Positions 9,659 through 20,186 of a stretch of DNA of 64,000 nucleotides are shown in pieces. The stretch covers positions 224,001-288,000 of the forward strand of contig CAWDPO010000017.1 of assembly GCA_963804165.1 (NCBI GenBank). Reading direction: 5' to 3'. Origin of the DNA: an uncultured delta proteobacterium (lineage in GTDB: Bacteria > Desulfobacterota > Binatia > UBA9968). Position numbers and translations under genes: made by a program. The notes below the pieces were generated by a model. It was not told the origin of the DNA. It searched no databases and saw only the letters and a list, made by a program, of their open reading frames with translations. Positions within the stretch are counted from its first letter, which is position 1, and each line of letters begins with the position of its first letter.

Positions 9659-10741
9659 CTACAAACTGTAAAGCTGAGCGGCGTTCTCGCCCATGATCTT
9701 CGCTTTTAGCGCATCCGACAGATCTTTGCGCTCCATGACTTCTTCGACCGTGTGAGGAAACTTCGAGTCGCTGTGATTATAGTCCGTGGCGAAAACTAAG
9801 CGCTCGGCGCCGACGAACTCGGCGACGTAGGGCAGCATCTTTTCTTCCATTTCGAAGGAGTAAAACATCTGACCACTTTTCATGTATTCACTCGGCGGCT
9901 TCTTGAGCCACGGCACGGTCGGTTGGAGTATTTCATAATGCTCATCGAGCCGCTCCATCCAATAAGGCACCCAGCCGCAGCCCGCTTCCATGAATGCGAA
10001 CTTGAGCCGCGGAAAACGCTCGAGCAAGCCGCCCGCGACGACGCAGAGCGTGGCGATCATCTGCTCGAAGGGATGCGCCATGGCATGAGTAAAGAAGGGA
10101 TGATCGAAACGCTCTGTCGCCGCCGGTACGCCGTCGCCCGCGCCGACGTGGATGCACACCGGAACATTGAGGCGCTCCGCCTCGGCGAAGAAAGGAAAGA
10201 GTTCGGGATCGTCGAGATTTTTTTTTGACGCCGATATCGGCGGAGCCGCGACCGCGACGAACTTGAGATCTTGAACCGCGCGCCGCAGCTCATTTACTGA
10301 CTCGACCGGATCTTGAATCGCCACTGCAGCCACACCCTTGAGTCGCCGCGGGTCGGCGCCGCAATAATCCGCCAGCCAGTTGTTGTAGACGCGCGCGACG
10401 GCGCTGGCAAGATCCTTGTCTTCTACGAACGGCAAGCTCAGGAAAGGCGAGGTGCCGAAAAGCACGGCCGTGTCGATCCCTTCGAGATCCATGTCCTTTA
10501 AACGCTGCTTGGGATCGACCATGCCCGTCGTCGGTTGCGGCGAATGGCTGCGCGGCGCGCCGACAAAACTGCACCCCTTGCCGACCGGCTTCGGGGTCAA
10601 TTTGCCGTCGATCATGACGAACGTGAAGCCGCGGTTGTCCTGCACCGGCCGAGGCGCGCGTGATCGGTACGGAGCGTCGATCAAATCCGCCCACGGAATG
10701 TCTCGTTCTAGAACGTGGCCATCGGCATCGATGATTCTCAT
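9659..10741 (-). CDS. amidohydrolase family 2 protein
   Basis: MRIIDADGHV, VPVCIH, EAGCGW, FATDYNHSD. Confidence 0.9.
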   Translation of the reverse strand: MRIIDADGHVLERDIPWADLIDAPYRSRAPRPVQDNRGFTFVMIDGKLTPKPVGKGCSFVGAPRSHSPQPTTGMVDPKQRLKDMDLEGIDTAVLFGTSPFLSLPFVEDKDLASAVARVYNNWLADYCGADPRRLKGVAAVAIQDPVESVNELRRAVQDLKFVAVAAPPISASKKNLDDPELFPFFAEAERLNVPVCIHVGAGDGVPAATERFDHPFFTHAMAHPFEQMIATLCVVAGGLLERFPRLKFAFMEAGCGWVPYWMERLDEHYEILQPTVPWLKKPPSEYMKSGQMFYSFEMEEKMLPYVAEFVGAERLVFATDYNHSDSKFPHTVEEVMERKDLSDALKAKIMGENAAQLYSL

Positions 10742-10906
10742 GTACGTGACTCCTGGCCTGATATTCGATTCAGGCTCATCAGTATCAGAAACCGCCAAGC
10801 ACGCTCAAGAGATCAAGCAGCTCGCCGGCTATTTGCCCTGACCGCGAGCTGCATCATTTGACAAGCCCGGCGCCGACGGACTAGCTTCGGCGGCAGGGGA
10901 ACATTT

Positions 10907-12547
10907 ATGACCGCACGCAAATCTATTTACCTGGTGGCAGTTTTGTTTTTCATAACGACCGCCGCGGCCCAAGATCGCAGCCATTCTGCCAAGATCGTCA
11001 AGGACGCGGTATCGTGCAACGAATTCGCGCCGGTTGCAAAACAGGTGATCGGCCAGTCGGTCGGCGTGGAGCAGTGCGGCATTATTTCCGAGGAAACGGT
11101 TTTCAATATTAAAGGGCAGAAATTTCGCCGTATCGAAGTGCGGCTGAGCGGCACAGTCGAGGGATGGGCATCGCGGGAGAAAGGTTCGCGCGCGATTTAT
11201 TTCACCGACGGGCCGGACTTCGTAATGACCCAATCGGGTCTCACTGGTCCGCGCTCGCGCGGCGTTGGTAAATACGAAGCTGCGACGGGGCACGGGTTGA
11301 CGATTTTCTATCCCGAAGACGCGCGGAACTGGAACGGCAAGCTCTTTATCACCGCGCACGGCGCGGGTTCTTACGGCGCTGTCGGAACATTGGTGCCGCG
11401 CGATCCCAACAACAAGTTCAACACGCTCGCCGGCGTCAATCGCTATATCGGTTTGATGATCGATAAGGGGTACGCGGTCGCGCACACCATGCGATCCGCC
11501 GACCGCACGCGCGGGGATATCTCGATCACGCTGGAGGACGGCACCAAGCTCGCCAATTACAATCTCAGTTCGCACGCCGGCTTGATCACTTCGTGGGGGC
11601 AACTGGCGCGCTCGTTGGTGCTCAAGCGACTGGGAACGCGACCGGCAAGAATCTACTTCTACGGACACTCCGCCGGAGGATTTTTAGGACGGCAGATCAA
11701 CTACCAACCTGGGGCGAATCAGGACGACGACGGCAAACCATTCTTCGATGGGTTCTTAATCGACGATGCGGGCAGCGGACTCTGGCTGCCGAAATTGATC
11801 GTCGACGGCAAGGATGCATTATTCACGACGAAAGAGGGGCGAGAGCATTTCGCCAAGCAAATTGACATTACACATATGTTGTATGCTGGCGACACGGGTG
11901 ATTACCTGCAAAACAAACGCGAGAACGCGCGGCTGCTCAGCGAGAAGGGCCTGTCAGCGATGCACCGTTTATATGAGATGCGCGGCGTGAGTCACTTCGA
12001 TGCGGGACAGGTTTCTCGCTCCGATCTGGTGAACCAAACCCTCGACCTCGGCGGGATTTTTGATGCGCTCATGGATCGCCTCGATGAGTGGGTGGAAAGA
12101 AATGTCACACCAACCCCGAATAAGATGGATACGGCTGCGTCGGCAGATAAAAAAAATAACGGCGCCAATGAGCACGGCGCTGTTGCCTTGCCGGAGGTCG
12201 CCTGCCCGCTGGGAATCTATTTCGCTTACCCGCCCGAGGTGGATCCAGGAAGGCGTGGCGGCCAGGAAACGGCCTTTGCCGCGTTCGACGGGACCAATCA
12301 CGAGCCTTTGGATGCGCGCGGTATTCTTATCGACATGAACGGAAATGGGGTCCGCGATAAACGCGAAACACCGACCCAGGCATGGCAGAGACTTGGACTG
12401 CTCAAGGCGGGACAAAAACTGACTTCTGCCGCTTATCAGAGTTGCGTGAAAGATGCGGCCGCAAAGCTGGTCAAACAAGGACTTCTGCCGGCAAGAGTCG
12501 GCGAATACTACGTGGGCAAGGCTTCGAAGGCGCGTTTGCTGAATTGA
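10907..12547 (+). CDS. secreted alpha/beta-hydrolase-fold protein
   Basis: Signal peptide; WNGKLFITAHG, YFYGHSAGG (GxSxG), GVSH; DMNGNGVRD Ca-loop-like motif. Confidence 0.7.
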   Translation: MTARKSIYLVAVLFFITTAAAQDRSHSAKIVKDAVSCNEFAPVAKQVIGQSVGVEQCGIISEETVFNIKGQKFRRIEVRLSGTVEGWASREKGSRAIYFTDGPDFVMTQSGLTGPRSRGVGKYEAATGHGLTIFYPEDARNWNGKLFITAHGAGSYGAVGTLVPRDPNNKFNTLAGVNRYIGLMIDKGYAVAHTMRSADRTRGDISITLEDGTKLANYNLSSHAGLITSWGQLARSLVLKRLGTRPARIYFYGHSAGGFLGRQINYQPGANQDDDGKPFFDGFLIDDAGSGLWLPKLIVDGKDALFTTKEGREHFAKQIDITHMLYAGDTGDYLQNKRENARLLSEKGLSAMHRLYEMRGVSHFDAGQVSRSDLVNQTLDLGGIFDALMDRLDEWVERNVTPTPNKMDTAASADKKNNGANEHGAVALPEVACPLGIYFAYPPEVDPGRRGGQETAFAAFDGTNHEPLDARGILIDMNGNGVRDKRETPTQAWQRLGLLKAGQKLTSAAYQSCVKDAAAKLVKQGLLPARVGEYYVGKASKARLLN

Positions 12548-12578
12548 CTTTTAGCGTTCGTGATCGCGAACCTCTGCT

Positions 12579-13605
12579 TCACTTCACTTGGCCGGGAAAC
12601 AGCTTTGACCCGTAGTCGCGGTTGACTTCGCGGATAAGAGTGTTGTCATAAAATCGCTTCGGGTCCAGATCCGCGACCTTGGGTAGGGTGGACTGCTCGA
12701 GCACGAGCTTTATCGCATCCGGGTCCACGCTCATGTCTCTGTTCCAGACTTTGACCCCATCCTGATAACTTTCTTCCAAAAGCTTTGCGTCTGATATTTT
12801 GCTGCTCTGGCCGAGAACGTTTTTGGCGTAGGCCGGATCGTCGAGAGAGCGCTTCACGCCGTCGAGATAACCCATCAGAAAAATCTTGAGAGTGTTGGGA
12901 TACTTCTGCACGAACGCGCGCGCGACGCCGGTGCCGGGTCCGATGATTTTCAGTCCCTTTTCGTAGTAGTCGATGACCACGGGAAAACCTTTGCTGCGCG
13001 CCATTTCCGTCTGCGGCGGCGTAACGATCAAACCATCGGCGTTGCCGACCAGAAAAGTCGAAAGCGCATCGGGCGGGCCCTTATGGTAGAGGAGCTTAAT
13101 GTCTTTGCCGATTTCCATGCCGCGCTCTTTGGCGCTTTTACGCATCGCGATCTCGCCGAAGGCCCCCACCGAAGTCGTCGCTACGGACTTGCCGCGAAAA
13201 TTTTCAAATGTTGTCAAGCCTTTTTGACCGAATAAAATCAGCGTGCTGCGGTCGACGCTGGCGGCGATGTAGATCAAATCCGAACCGGCCACATTGGCGT
13301 GAATCGTCGCGGTGCCGCCCTGGTAAATGTCCACTTGGCCGGACAACAGCGCCTGTGCCGAGGCCGTCGCGCTGAGGGTGCTTAAGTTCACAGTCACGCC
13401 GCGCTTGCTGAAGTAACCGGCTTCATTGGCCAAAATGATCGGCAAATAGAGCGGGCCGGTAGGCGGCAATGGCGACTTCAAGACGGTTTTTTTCCGGCTT
13501 GAGATCGGGGCCCTGGGCGGCTCGACTCGCTGGTATTTCGATAGCCGCTACAAGCAACGCAAAGCATAGGACTCTGATTGCAACAAATTCACGGTGTCGT
13601 TTCAT
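12579..13605 (-). CDS. NMT1/SsuA-type ABC substrate-binding protein (+1 frameshift ~13461)
   Basis: Signal peptide ORF 13423-13605 continues into 12579-13481 after one extra base; EAGYFSKRGV, FRGKSVAT. Confidence 0.8.
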
Positions 13606-13637
13606 GGTATTTCTCCGAAAAACTTAACGTCATAGTC

Positions 13638-14657
13638 TTACTTGGCGGCGAGCATGCCCGTCAACTTCGCCGCCAAGGGCGGCGGCAGTTTGAAAAGTTC
13701 GTCGACGATTCTTTTTACTTCTTCGCCGGTCAGCGGGTTGATGTCGATGTTGATTTTCTTAGCTTCTGCGACGAACTCGGGATCGGTAAGGGTCTGGGCA
13801 AAAGCGCTCCGCAAGATCTGCAGCCGGTCCTTGGGTGTGCGCGGCGCGGTGACGTACACGCGCACGATGGCGGCGGGATCAATGGCGCCGGCTTTGAGGA
13901 GCTGGCGCGCCTCTTGAGTTTTGGCGAGATCGAGGGCGAGCGCCACGTTGGGAAAGTCGGGAAGTTTCTTCGCCGTGACCTGTAGGACCACGTTGACTTC
14001 GCCGGCTTGAAGCCCGGTGGCCCAATTTGCTTTCATCGACTCCCAAGCCCAGCACGCGCCATGCAACTCGCCGGCGTCGGCCGCCATGCGCATTTCCGCC
14101 GTGCCTTTGTAGCCTTCGACCAATTGGATCGGCAATTCCAACGTGGCCTTGATGGCGCGAACGGTGTCGCTGGTGCTGTTGCCAGGACCCAATCCGCCGA
14201 GCTTGATCGGCGTCTTTGAGGCGCGCCACTGATCGATGGTCGTAACGCCGCTTTCCTTGCGCAAAGCGCACACCGTGCTGTCCTGGACGGGCACACCGAT
14301 AAATTCCAGTTCACGCATCTCGAAGTCGATGCCTTTCAGGCCCAATACCCGCCCCAAAATCAAACCGCCGTTGAAGATGCCGAACGTCAAGCCGTCAGGT
14401 TTCGCGCTGCCGTGCAAGTATTTGGCGGCGATCAGCGTGGCGGCCCCGGTCATGTTTTCAACAAGGATCGCCGGATTACCGGGAATATGTTTGCCCAAAT
14501 GGCGCGCCATGACGCGCGAATAGGTATCGAAGCCGCCGCCGGCGCTGCCGCCGACGATGATGCGGACGGTTTTGCCTTTGTAAAATTCCTGCGCGCCCAG
14601 TCGAACCGACAAAGCGAGTAAGAAAACGGACGCGGTGATGGTCATTCTGATGCTCAT
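13638..14657 (-). CDS. tripartite tricarboxylate transporter substrate-binding protein (TctC/Bug)
   Basis: FYKGKTVRIIVGGSAGGGFD, PGNP, VENMTGA, KPDGLT, GYKGT. Confidence 0.9.
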   Translation of the reverse strand: MSIRMTITASVFLLALSVRLGAQEFYKGKTVRIIVGGSAGGGFDTYSRVMARHLGKHIPGNPAILVENMTGAATLIAAKYLHGSAKPDGLTFGIFNGGLILGRVLGLKGIDFEMRELEFIGVPVQDSTVCALRKESGVTTIDQWRASKTPIKLGGLGPGNSTSDTVRAIKATLELPIQLVEGYKGTAEMRMAADAGELHGACWAWESMKANWATGLQAGEVNVVLQVTAKKLPDFPNVALALDLAKTQEARQLLKAGAIDPAAIVRVYVTAPRTPKDRLQILRSAFAQTLTDPEFVAEAKKINIDINPLTGEEVKRIVDELFKLPPPLAAKLTGMLAAK

Positions 14658-14823
14658 AGCGCCATCCTCCCGACACGGGTCCATACAGGCAACCGTGGGC
14701 GCTTGTCAATGCGCTGCGATGGATTGTTCCGGCGCCGGGACGCGCTGACAATGGTTGACGCAGTGCGGCGTTTTCGCATAGTGTGCGCGCAATCGACTTT
14801 CGCCGCGAAAGGAGATCGACTCG

Positions 14824-15846
14824 ATGCTCCGTATTTTGTTACTTGCCGTTTTTTTAGGACTCACCGGCGTCGGGAACAGCCACGCAGCCGCGGATAGTGA
14901 ATTCTATCAAGGGAAAGTCATTCGAATCGTCGTCGGCTTTTCAGCCGGCGGCGGCTTCGACACTTACGCCCGCACTCTGTCGCGGTCCATGGGCAAATAT
15001 ATGCCCGGCAACCCGTCGGTCATCGTAGAAAACATGACCGGCGCCGGCAGTTTGATTGCGGCCAATCACATCTACCGCGTCGCCAAGGCCGATGGATTAA
15101 CGATCGGCTCGTTCAACGGCAACCACATTCTCGGCCAACTCCTCGGTGCGTCGGGGATCAGTTTTGATCCGCGCAAAATGGAGTGGATGGGCGCGCCCGG
15201 TAATAACCATGACCTGTGCGTGCTCAACCAAAAGACCGGGATCGCCAATGCTGAGCAATGGCTCGCGTCTAAATCGCCGCTCAAGTTGGCGGGCAGCGCT
15301 CCAGGTACGACGACGGACGACACCCCCAAGGTGCTCAAAGAGGCCATCGGCATCCCCATGCGGCTCATTACCGGATACAAAGGCACCGCCGATATGCGCG
15401 TGGCGGTGGAAGCGGGGGAGGTCGATGGTCTCTGTGGATTTTCTTGGACATCGGTGCGCTCGACTTGGCGTAAAGCAGTGGAAGCCGGGCAAGTCACGAT
15501 CGTGCTCCAAAGCGCGCCGAAGGCACATGCAGACCTGCCCAAGGTGCCGGTGTCGAGCAACTTTGCCAAAACGCCGGAAGCGCGCCAGTTGATCGAAACG
15601 GGTATCCATCAACCGAGCGCGATGACTTACAGTTATTCGCTGCCGCCAGCCACACCGAAAGATCGAGTGCAAGTTCTGCGCAAAGCGTTCCTGCAAGCGG
15701 TCAAAGATCCCGACTTTTTGAACGACGCGGGCAAAGCGAATCTGGAAGTCACGCCGTCTTCCGGGGAAGAGATTGAGCAGTCCATCCAGAAATTGTTCAA
15801 GACACCGCCGTCGGTACTCGCCAAGCTCAAGGAGGTTTTGAAATAG
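14824..15846 (+). CDS. TctC/Bug substrate-binding protein
   Basis: FYQGKVIRIVVGFSAGGGFD, PGNP, VENMTGAG, GYKGT; divergent paralog of the neighbouring gene. Confidence 0.9.
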   Translation: MLRILLLAVFLGLTGVGNSHAAADSEFYQGKVIRIVVGFSAGGGFDTYARTLSRSMGKYMPGNPSVIVENMTGAGSLIAANHIYRVAKADGLTIGSFNGNHILGQLLGASGISFDPRKMEWMGAPGNNHDLCVLNQKTGIANAEQWLASKSPLKLAGSAPGTTTDDTPKVLKEAIGIPMRLITGYKGTADMRVAVEAGEVDGLCGFSWTSVRSTWRKAVEAGQVTIVLQSAPKAHADLPKVPVSSNFAKTPEARQLIETGIHQPSAMTYSYSLPPATPKDRVQVLRKAFLQAVKDPDFLNDAGKANLEVTPSSGEEIEQSIQKLFKTPPSVLAKLKEVLK

Positions 15847-15862
15847 TAGCCGAAGCCAATCT

Positions 15863-16468
15863 CTAAAGGATCGCTTGCACCGACGGTCGCGCTTTTATGC
15901 GCTTGAGCCAGGCGCCGAGAAGCGGCAACGACGGCGCCGGCAATGCACCGTAAGTTTCCATGCGCAGGAAGCGCGGGATGATCGCGATATCGGTAAGCCC
16001 AAAGTCGTCGAGAAAATACGGCTTCTCTCCCAGCGTCGCTTCGAGATACGCGAGCAGCACACGTAAACTTTGCCGCTTTTCTTCCATCACAATGGCATTG
16101 CGCTCCGCCGCTGGCTTAAGCATCTCTCCGCGCAAATCCCAGTAGGGCTCGTGCGCGTATTTTAGCGCATAATCGACGAGCACCCGTCCGCGCCCGCGCA
16201 AGTAGGGATCTTTCGGCATCAACGGCGGATTGGGATATTTCTCGTCGAGATATTCGTTGATGATGCAGGACTCGAATAACACTTTGCCGTCTTCGACGAG
16301 AACGGGAATCTTGCCGTAGGGATTCAGCTTAAGAAACTCCGGGTTCTTTTGTTCTTTGTTGGCAAGTCTAACGCGAACGCCGTCCCACTTGAGGCCTTTT
16401 TCCGCCAGAGCGATTTTGACCCTGTCACAATTGGACGACGGCATGTCATGGTAGAGAGTGATTGCCAT
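15863..16468 (-). CDS. glutathione S-transferase family protein
   Basis: ITLYH..SSNC, LNPYGKIPVL, LFESCII.EYLDE. Confidence 0.9.
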   Translation of the reverse strand: MAITLYHDMPSSNCDRVKIALAEKGLKWDGVRVRLANKEQKNPEFLKLNPYGKIPVLVEDGKVLFESCIINEYLDEKYPNPPLMPKDPYLRGRGRVLVDYALKYAHEPYWDLRGEMLKPAAERNAIVMEEKRQSLRVLLAYLEATLGEKPYFLDDFGLTDIAIIPRFLRMETYGALPAPSLPLLGAWLKRIKARPSVQAIL

Positions 16469-16668
16469 AGTAGCCTCCGGGTAAAAGAGTTGGCTTCGAT
16501 TTAGCATCGCTCAATGTGCGCCGCAAGGATGATCCGGACCCCCTTGCCGTCACCCCACAGCTTTTTTTTGAGGGACTCGTTCAAAAGCCAGTAGCGGCAG
16601 GCTATTCTTAAGACTAGTGGGTGCGCTCGCATATTACAGCAGACAAAGGCGGGTGCCAAGGTGCCGTG

Positions 16669-17807
16669 ATGTCGTTACCGCAAACCCTTGACGATTCGAA
16701 CCCCGACTCTAAAGCGAAAGCCCGGGATGGTCCCGACGTTACTGATCTTGCAAGACTGCTTGCCCCGGTCAATATACGTTCGATCGCCTTGACCGGAATG
16801 TTCATCTTGGCGGTTTTCTATACGCTGAAGATTGCCAGCTCTTTTTTCATTCCAGTGGTGCTCGCGATTCTGCTCAATTTTGTGTTCGCCTCGACGATCA
16901 GAACGTTGGGCCGGTTCGCGATTCCCGCCCCGGTCGGGGCGGTGCTCGTGCTCGGCCTGTTAATCGGCGGGCGTAGGTTTCGGTATTTTCCAGCTGGCCG
17001 GCCCCGCCCGGGATTGGATGGTAAAACTGCCGGAGACAGCGAGGCAGATCGAGCGCAAACTCAGCGACCTGAAACAATCGGTCCGGGAAGTTACCAGAGC
17101 CAGGGCAAGAAGTCGACAAGTTGACGAATTTGAATGCCGAAGAGAAAGGCCGAAAAGTCGAAGTGCGCAAGCCGAGTTTTGGCGAAACATGGCTGGCGCC
17201 AACGCAAGATTTTGTCATCGGCGGCGGCACGGTGCTGGTTCTGCTATTTTTTCTACTGGCCTCTGGAGACCTATTCTTGCGCAAGCTGGTTACCGTGTTG
17301 CCGCGGTTCGAAGACAAGAAAACCGCAGTAGAAATCAGCCGGCAAATCGAGCACGATATTTCCCGATATTTGTTCTCGATCTGCGTGATCAATCTATTTT
17401 TTGGAGCGGCGATCGGGATTGCGATGGTTTTTCTCGGCATGCCGAATCCGTTGCTCTGGGGCGCGATGGCAGGGCTGCTGCACTTCGTTCCTTTTCTCGG
17501 CGCGGTCGTCGGCATGACCGTCGTGACGTTGGTGGCAGCGATAACGTTGGACGGAGCCGGCGCGATCCTGCTCGTACCCGCAACCTATTTTGGTTTAAAT
17601 ATTATCGAGGAGTATGTCGTCGTGCCTCTTGTGCTCGGGCGACGCCTGATGCTCAATCCGGTCGTTCTCTTCGTCTGGTTGATCTTTTGGGGCTGGCTAT
17701 GGAGCGTGCCGGGCGCACTGATGGCGGTACCGCTGTTGGCGATCATGAAGATAGTTTGCGATCACGTCGAACCGCTCGGCGCGATTGGCGAGTTTATCGC
17801 TCGATAA
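16669..17807 (+). CDS. AI-2E family transporter (two +1 frameshifts ~16970 and ~17102)
   Basis: FIPVVLAILL, LHFVPFLGA, LNPVV..LIFWGWLW...GALMAVPL spread over three ORFs. Confidence 0.85.
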
Positions 17808-17820
17808 AATTAATTGCGGG

Positions 17821-18735
17821 TTAGTGCTTAGGGCGGCTGACGAGCACCACTGAGCTGACGATCAGAGCCGCGGCGACCATAATGCGCGGCGTAATGATTT
17901 CTTTGCCGAGAAAGTAGCCGAGGATCATGGCGACGAGCGGGTTGACGTAGGAGTACGTTGCTACCAACGGAATCGGCGCCGCACGCAAAAGCCACGCGTA
18001 AGAGACGAAGGCGATCGGGCCGATGACGGTTAAATAGGTCCAGGCGAGTCCCGAGCGCAAGGAAATCGCATTGAGGTCCAAACCGGAGAACTCGCCGAAG
18101 ACGTATGCGACGCCGATTTGGACGATGCCGCCCGCAAGCATCTCGACGCCGGTCGTGACCAGCGCCGAAGCCGGCAGCGCGGCGGTTTTTCCATAAATCG
18201 AGCCGATCGCCCAAAAGAAAGAGGCGACCAGGACGGCGATCGCTCCGTAAAGGTTCGCCGGCGTCGCGTTTTCGGCGGTCCAGCCGAGCAACAGCAGAGC
18301 GCCGGAAAAGCCAAGCAAAATACCGCTCATCGCTCTGGCGTTCGGCTTGTCGCCGTGGGGTCGAAGAGCGTCGATCAAGATCATCCACAGCGGCACCGTT
18401 GCAACCAGGAGCGCGGCTAAGTTCGACGGAATAAATTGCGCCGCCCAGACCACCCCGCCGTTGCCACCGACTAAGAGAAGGATACCGACGATTGCTGCAT
18501 TGCGCCATTCGAGCGGCGTGGGTTTGGGATCGCCAGAAGCGCGCCGCCACAAGTACAAAAATGCCCCGGAGATGATGAAACGCGCGGCCGCCGATAGGAA
18601 CGGCGGAGTCGTTTCGACTGTGAAGCGAATAGCGAGGTAGGTCGATCCCCAGATAAGATAGACTGCGCCGAGGGCGAGCCAGATTCGCATCGGCGAGGCG
18701 CCGAACGTTTGCGCCGCCGAGCCGGTTTGATTCAC
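17821..18735 (-). CDS. EamA/DMT family transporter (YedA-like); start 18735 (GTG) or 18690 (ATG)
   Basis: VYLIWGSTYLAIR, TYSYVNPLVA; ~10 TM segments. Confidence 0.9.
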   Translation of the reverse strand: MNQTGSAAQTFGASPMRIWLALGAVYLIWGSTYLAIRFTVETTPPFLSAAARFIISGAFLYLWRRASGDPKPTPLEWRNAAIVGILLLVGGNGGVVWAAQFIPSNLAALLVATVPLWMILIDALRPHGDKPNARAMSGILLGFSGALLLLGWTAENATPANLYGAIAVLVASFFWAIGSIYGKTAALPASALVTTGVEMLAGGIVQIGVAYVFGEFSGLDLNAISLRSGLAWTYLTVIGPIAFVSYAWLLRAAPIPLVATYSYVNPLVAMILGYFLGKEIITPRIMVAAALIVSSVVLVSRPKH

Positions 18736-19038
18736 GAAAGCGCGCCTTCCAGCCGGAGCAGCCAACGTTCGGCAGTGAATCTGCGCTGTTCTGTTCCTAA
18801 CGGGTGCCAGGGATAGGCCAGGATTTCATCGTGGTGGAGCTCGATCAATCTTTCATGACGAGGAGTCAATCTCGTGATCCAATCTCACACTTGTATAACT
18901 CTACGGATCGGTCTTTGTGAAATCTTTTCCGGAAATTGACTAGCAGCGCGGCGAGAAAGTTAGAAACATGACGCTCATTCGTGAGCGGAGCACGCGATGG
19001 CAATTTGCTATTAATCTGACCGCGTGGAGAGGTGCCGG

Positions 19039-19497
19039 CTATTCTCCCGGTGCCATGTTTTTCTTTCTGAGTTCTTCCATGGCGTTGGCAGTCTTGCCCA
19101 GGGGACCGACGCCCATGCCTTTGAGGATATGCTCGTCTTTGGTGAACTGGACATCGTCGTAGGGAACGATTTCGATGCGGTTACCCCATGGATCGAGGAT
19201 ATTCAGCCGATCGTTGATGCTCTTGATGCCGAGCTTTTCCATGGATTGGCGCACCGCGTCGCGATCATCGACGACGAAACCAAAATGGCGCTTAGTGTCA
19301 GGCGACTGGGACCGACCGAGAGTCAGCTGGATGAATTGGTCTCCCAGATCAATAAATGCATTGTGCTCGCTCTTGCCGCGCAGCTTAAATTCGAATAGCG
19401 CGCCGTAAAAATCCAGAGCTTTATCCAGGTCGTCTACTTCCAGGACGACATGATTGATGCCCAGCGCGCGGGCTTTTTTTGTTTGTTGGTCGCTCAT
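19039..19497 (-). CDS. VOC/glyoxalase family protein
   Basis: GINHVVLEVDD, HFGFVVDD, DPWGNRIEI. Confidence 0.9.
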   Translation of the reverse strand: MSDQQTKKARALGINHVVLEVDDLDKALDFYGALFEFKLRGKSEHNAFIDLGDQFIQLTLGRSQSPDTKRHFGFVVDDRDAVRQSMEKLGIKSINDRLNILDPWGNRIEIVPYDDVQFTKDEHILKGMGVGPLGKTANAMEELRKKNMAPGE

Positions 19498-20186
19498 CGG
19501 TTTTCCCCTTTCGTTGATTCGAGCGCTTTTTGCAGCGTTTCCATCTGATTTTTTAGATGGCGCACGACGGTTCTCTCGGCGATCTCGGGGTTTTTCTTCA
19601 AGAAAGCATCCAAGATCTGGTCATGCTCGCGCATCGAATAGTCGAGCCGCTGCGGCGCACGCAGCCCGAGAATGCGCGTTTTCTGCATATCTTTGCGGAG
19701 CTGATCGACCAGCCGGTAAAGACGTTCGTTGCGGGCAATCTCGGCGATGAAACGATGAAAGCGATTATTGGCATCGAAATACTGAACCAGGTCGCGTTTG
19801 TGCGACGCTTCTTTGAGCGCTTTGTGCAGCTCCCGAAGATGTTCTACTTCCTCCGCGCTTGCCCTTTCAACCGCGAGCCTTGCGGCCAAACCTTCGAGCA
19901 CGCCCGAGATCGTGTAGAAATCTTCGATTTCTTCGCGCGTCGGCTTGCTCACCACCACATCATCATTACGGCGAAAAGTCACGTAGCCGTCCGTTTCAAG
20001 CGCGCGCAAGGCTTCGCGCAGCGCCACCGGACCGACTTTTAGGGAAGCTGCCAGGTTTGCTTCGTCGAGCCGTTCGCCAGGCGCAAGCTTGCCGGATACG
20101 ATAGCTTCCTTGAGCTTTTCGAAAAGCAGTTTAGTGAGCGACTTGAATCGCTTTTCTGCTCGATCAGCGCCGCCTGTTAAAATCAC
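19494..20186 (-). CDS. GntR family regulator with FCD domain
   Basis: IVSGKLAPGERL..LREALRALE; NNRFH, N.RL, EHDQI. Confidence 0.9.
   Translation of the reverse strand: MILTGGADRAEKRFKSLTKLLFEKLKEAIVSGKLAPGERLDEANLAASLKVGPVALREALRALETDGYVTFRRNDDVVVSKPTREEIEDFYTISGVLEGLAARLAVERASAEEVEHLRELHKALKEASHKRDLVQYFDANNRFHRFIAEIARNERLYRLVDQLRKDMQKTRILGLRAPQRLDYSMREHDQILDAFLKKNPEIAERTVVRHLKNQMETLQKALESTKGENR

Noticed and set aside
18770-18900. Riboswitch or leader peptide upstream of the EamA transporter
   Set aside because: Only a short hairpin and tiny ORFs; no recognisable aptamer consensus
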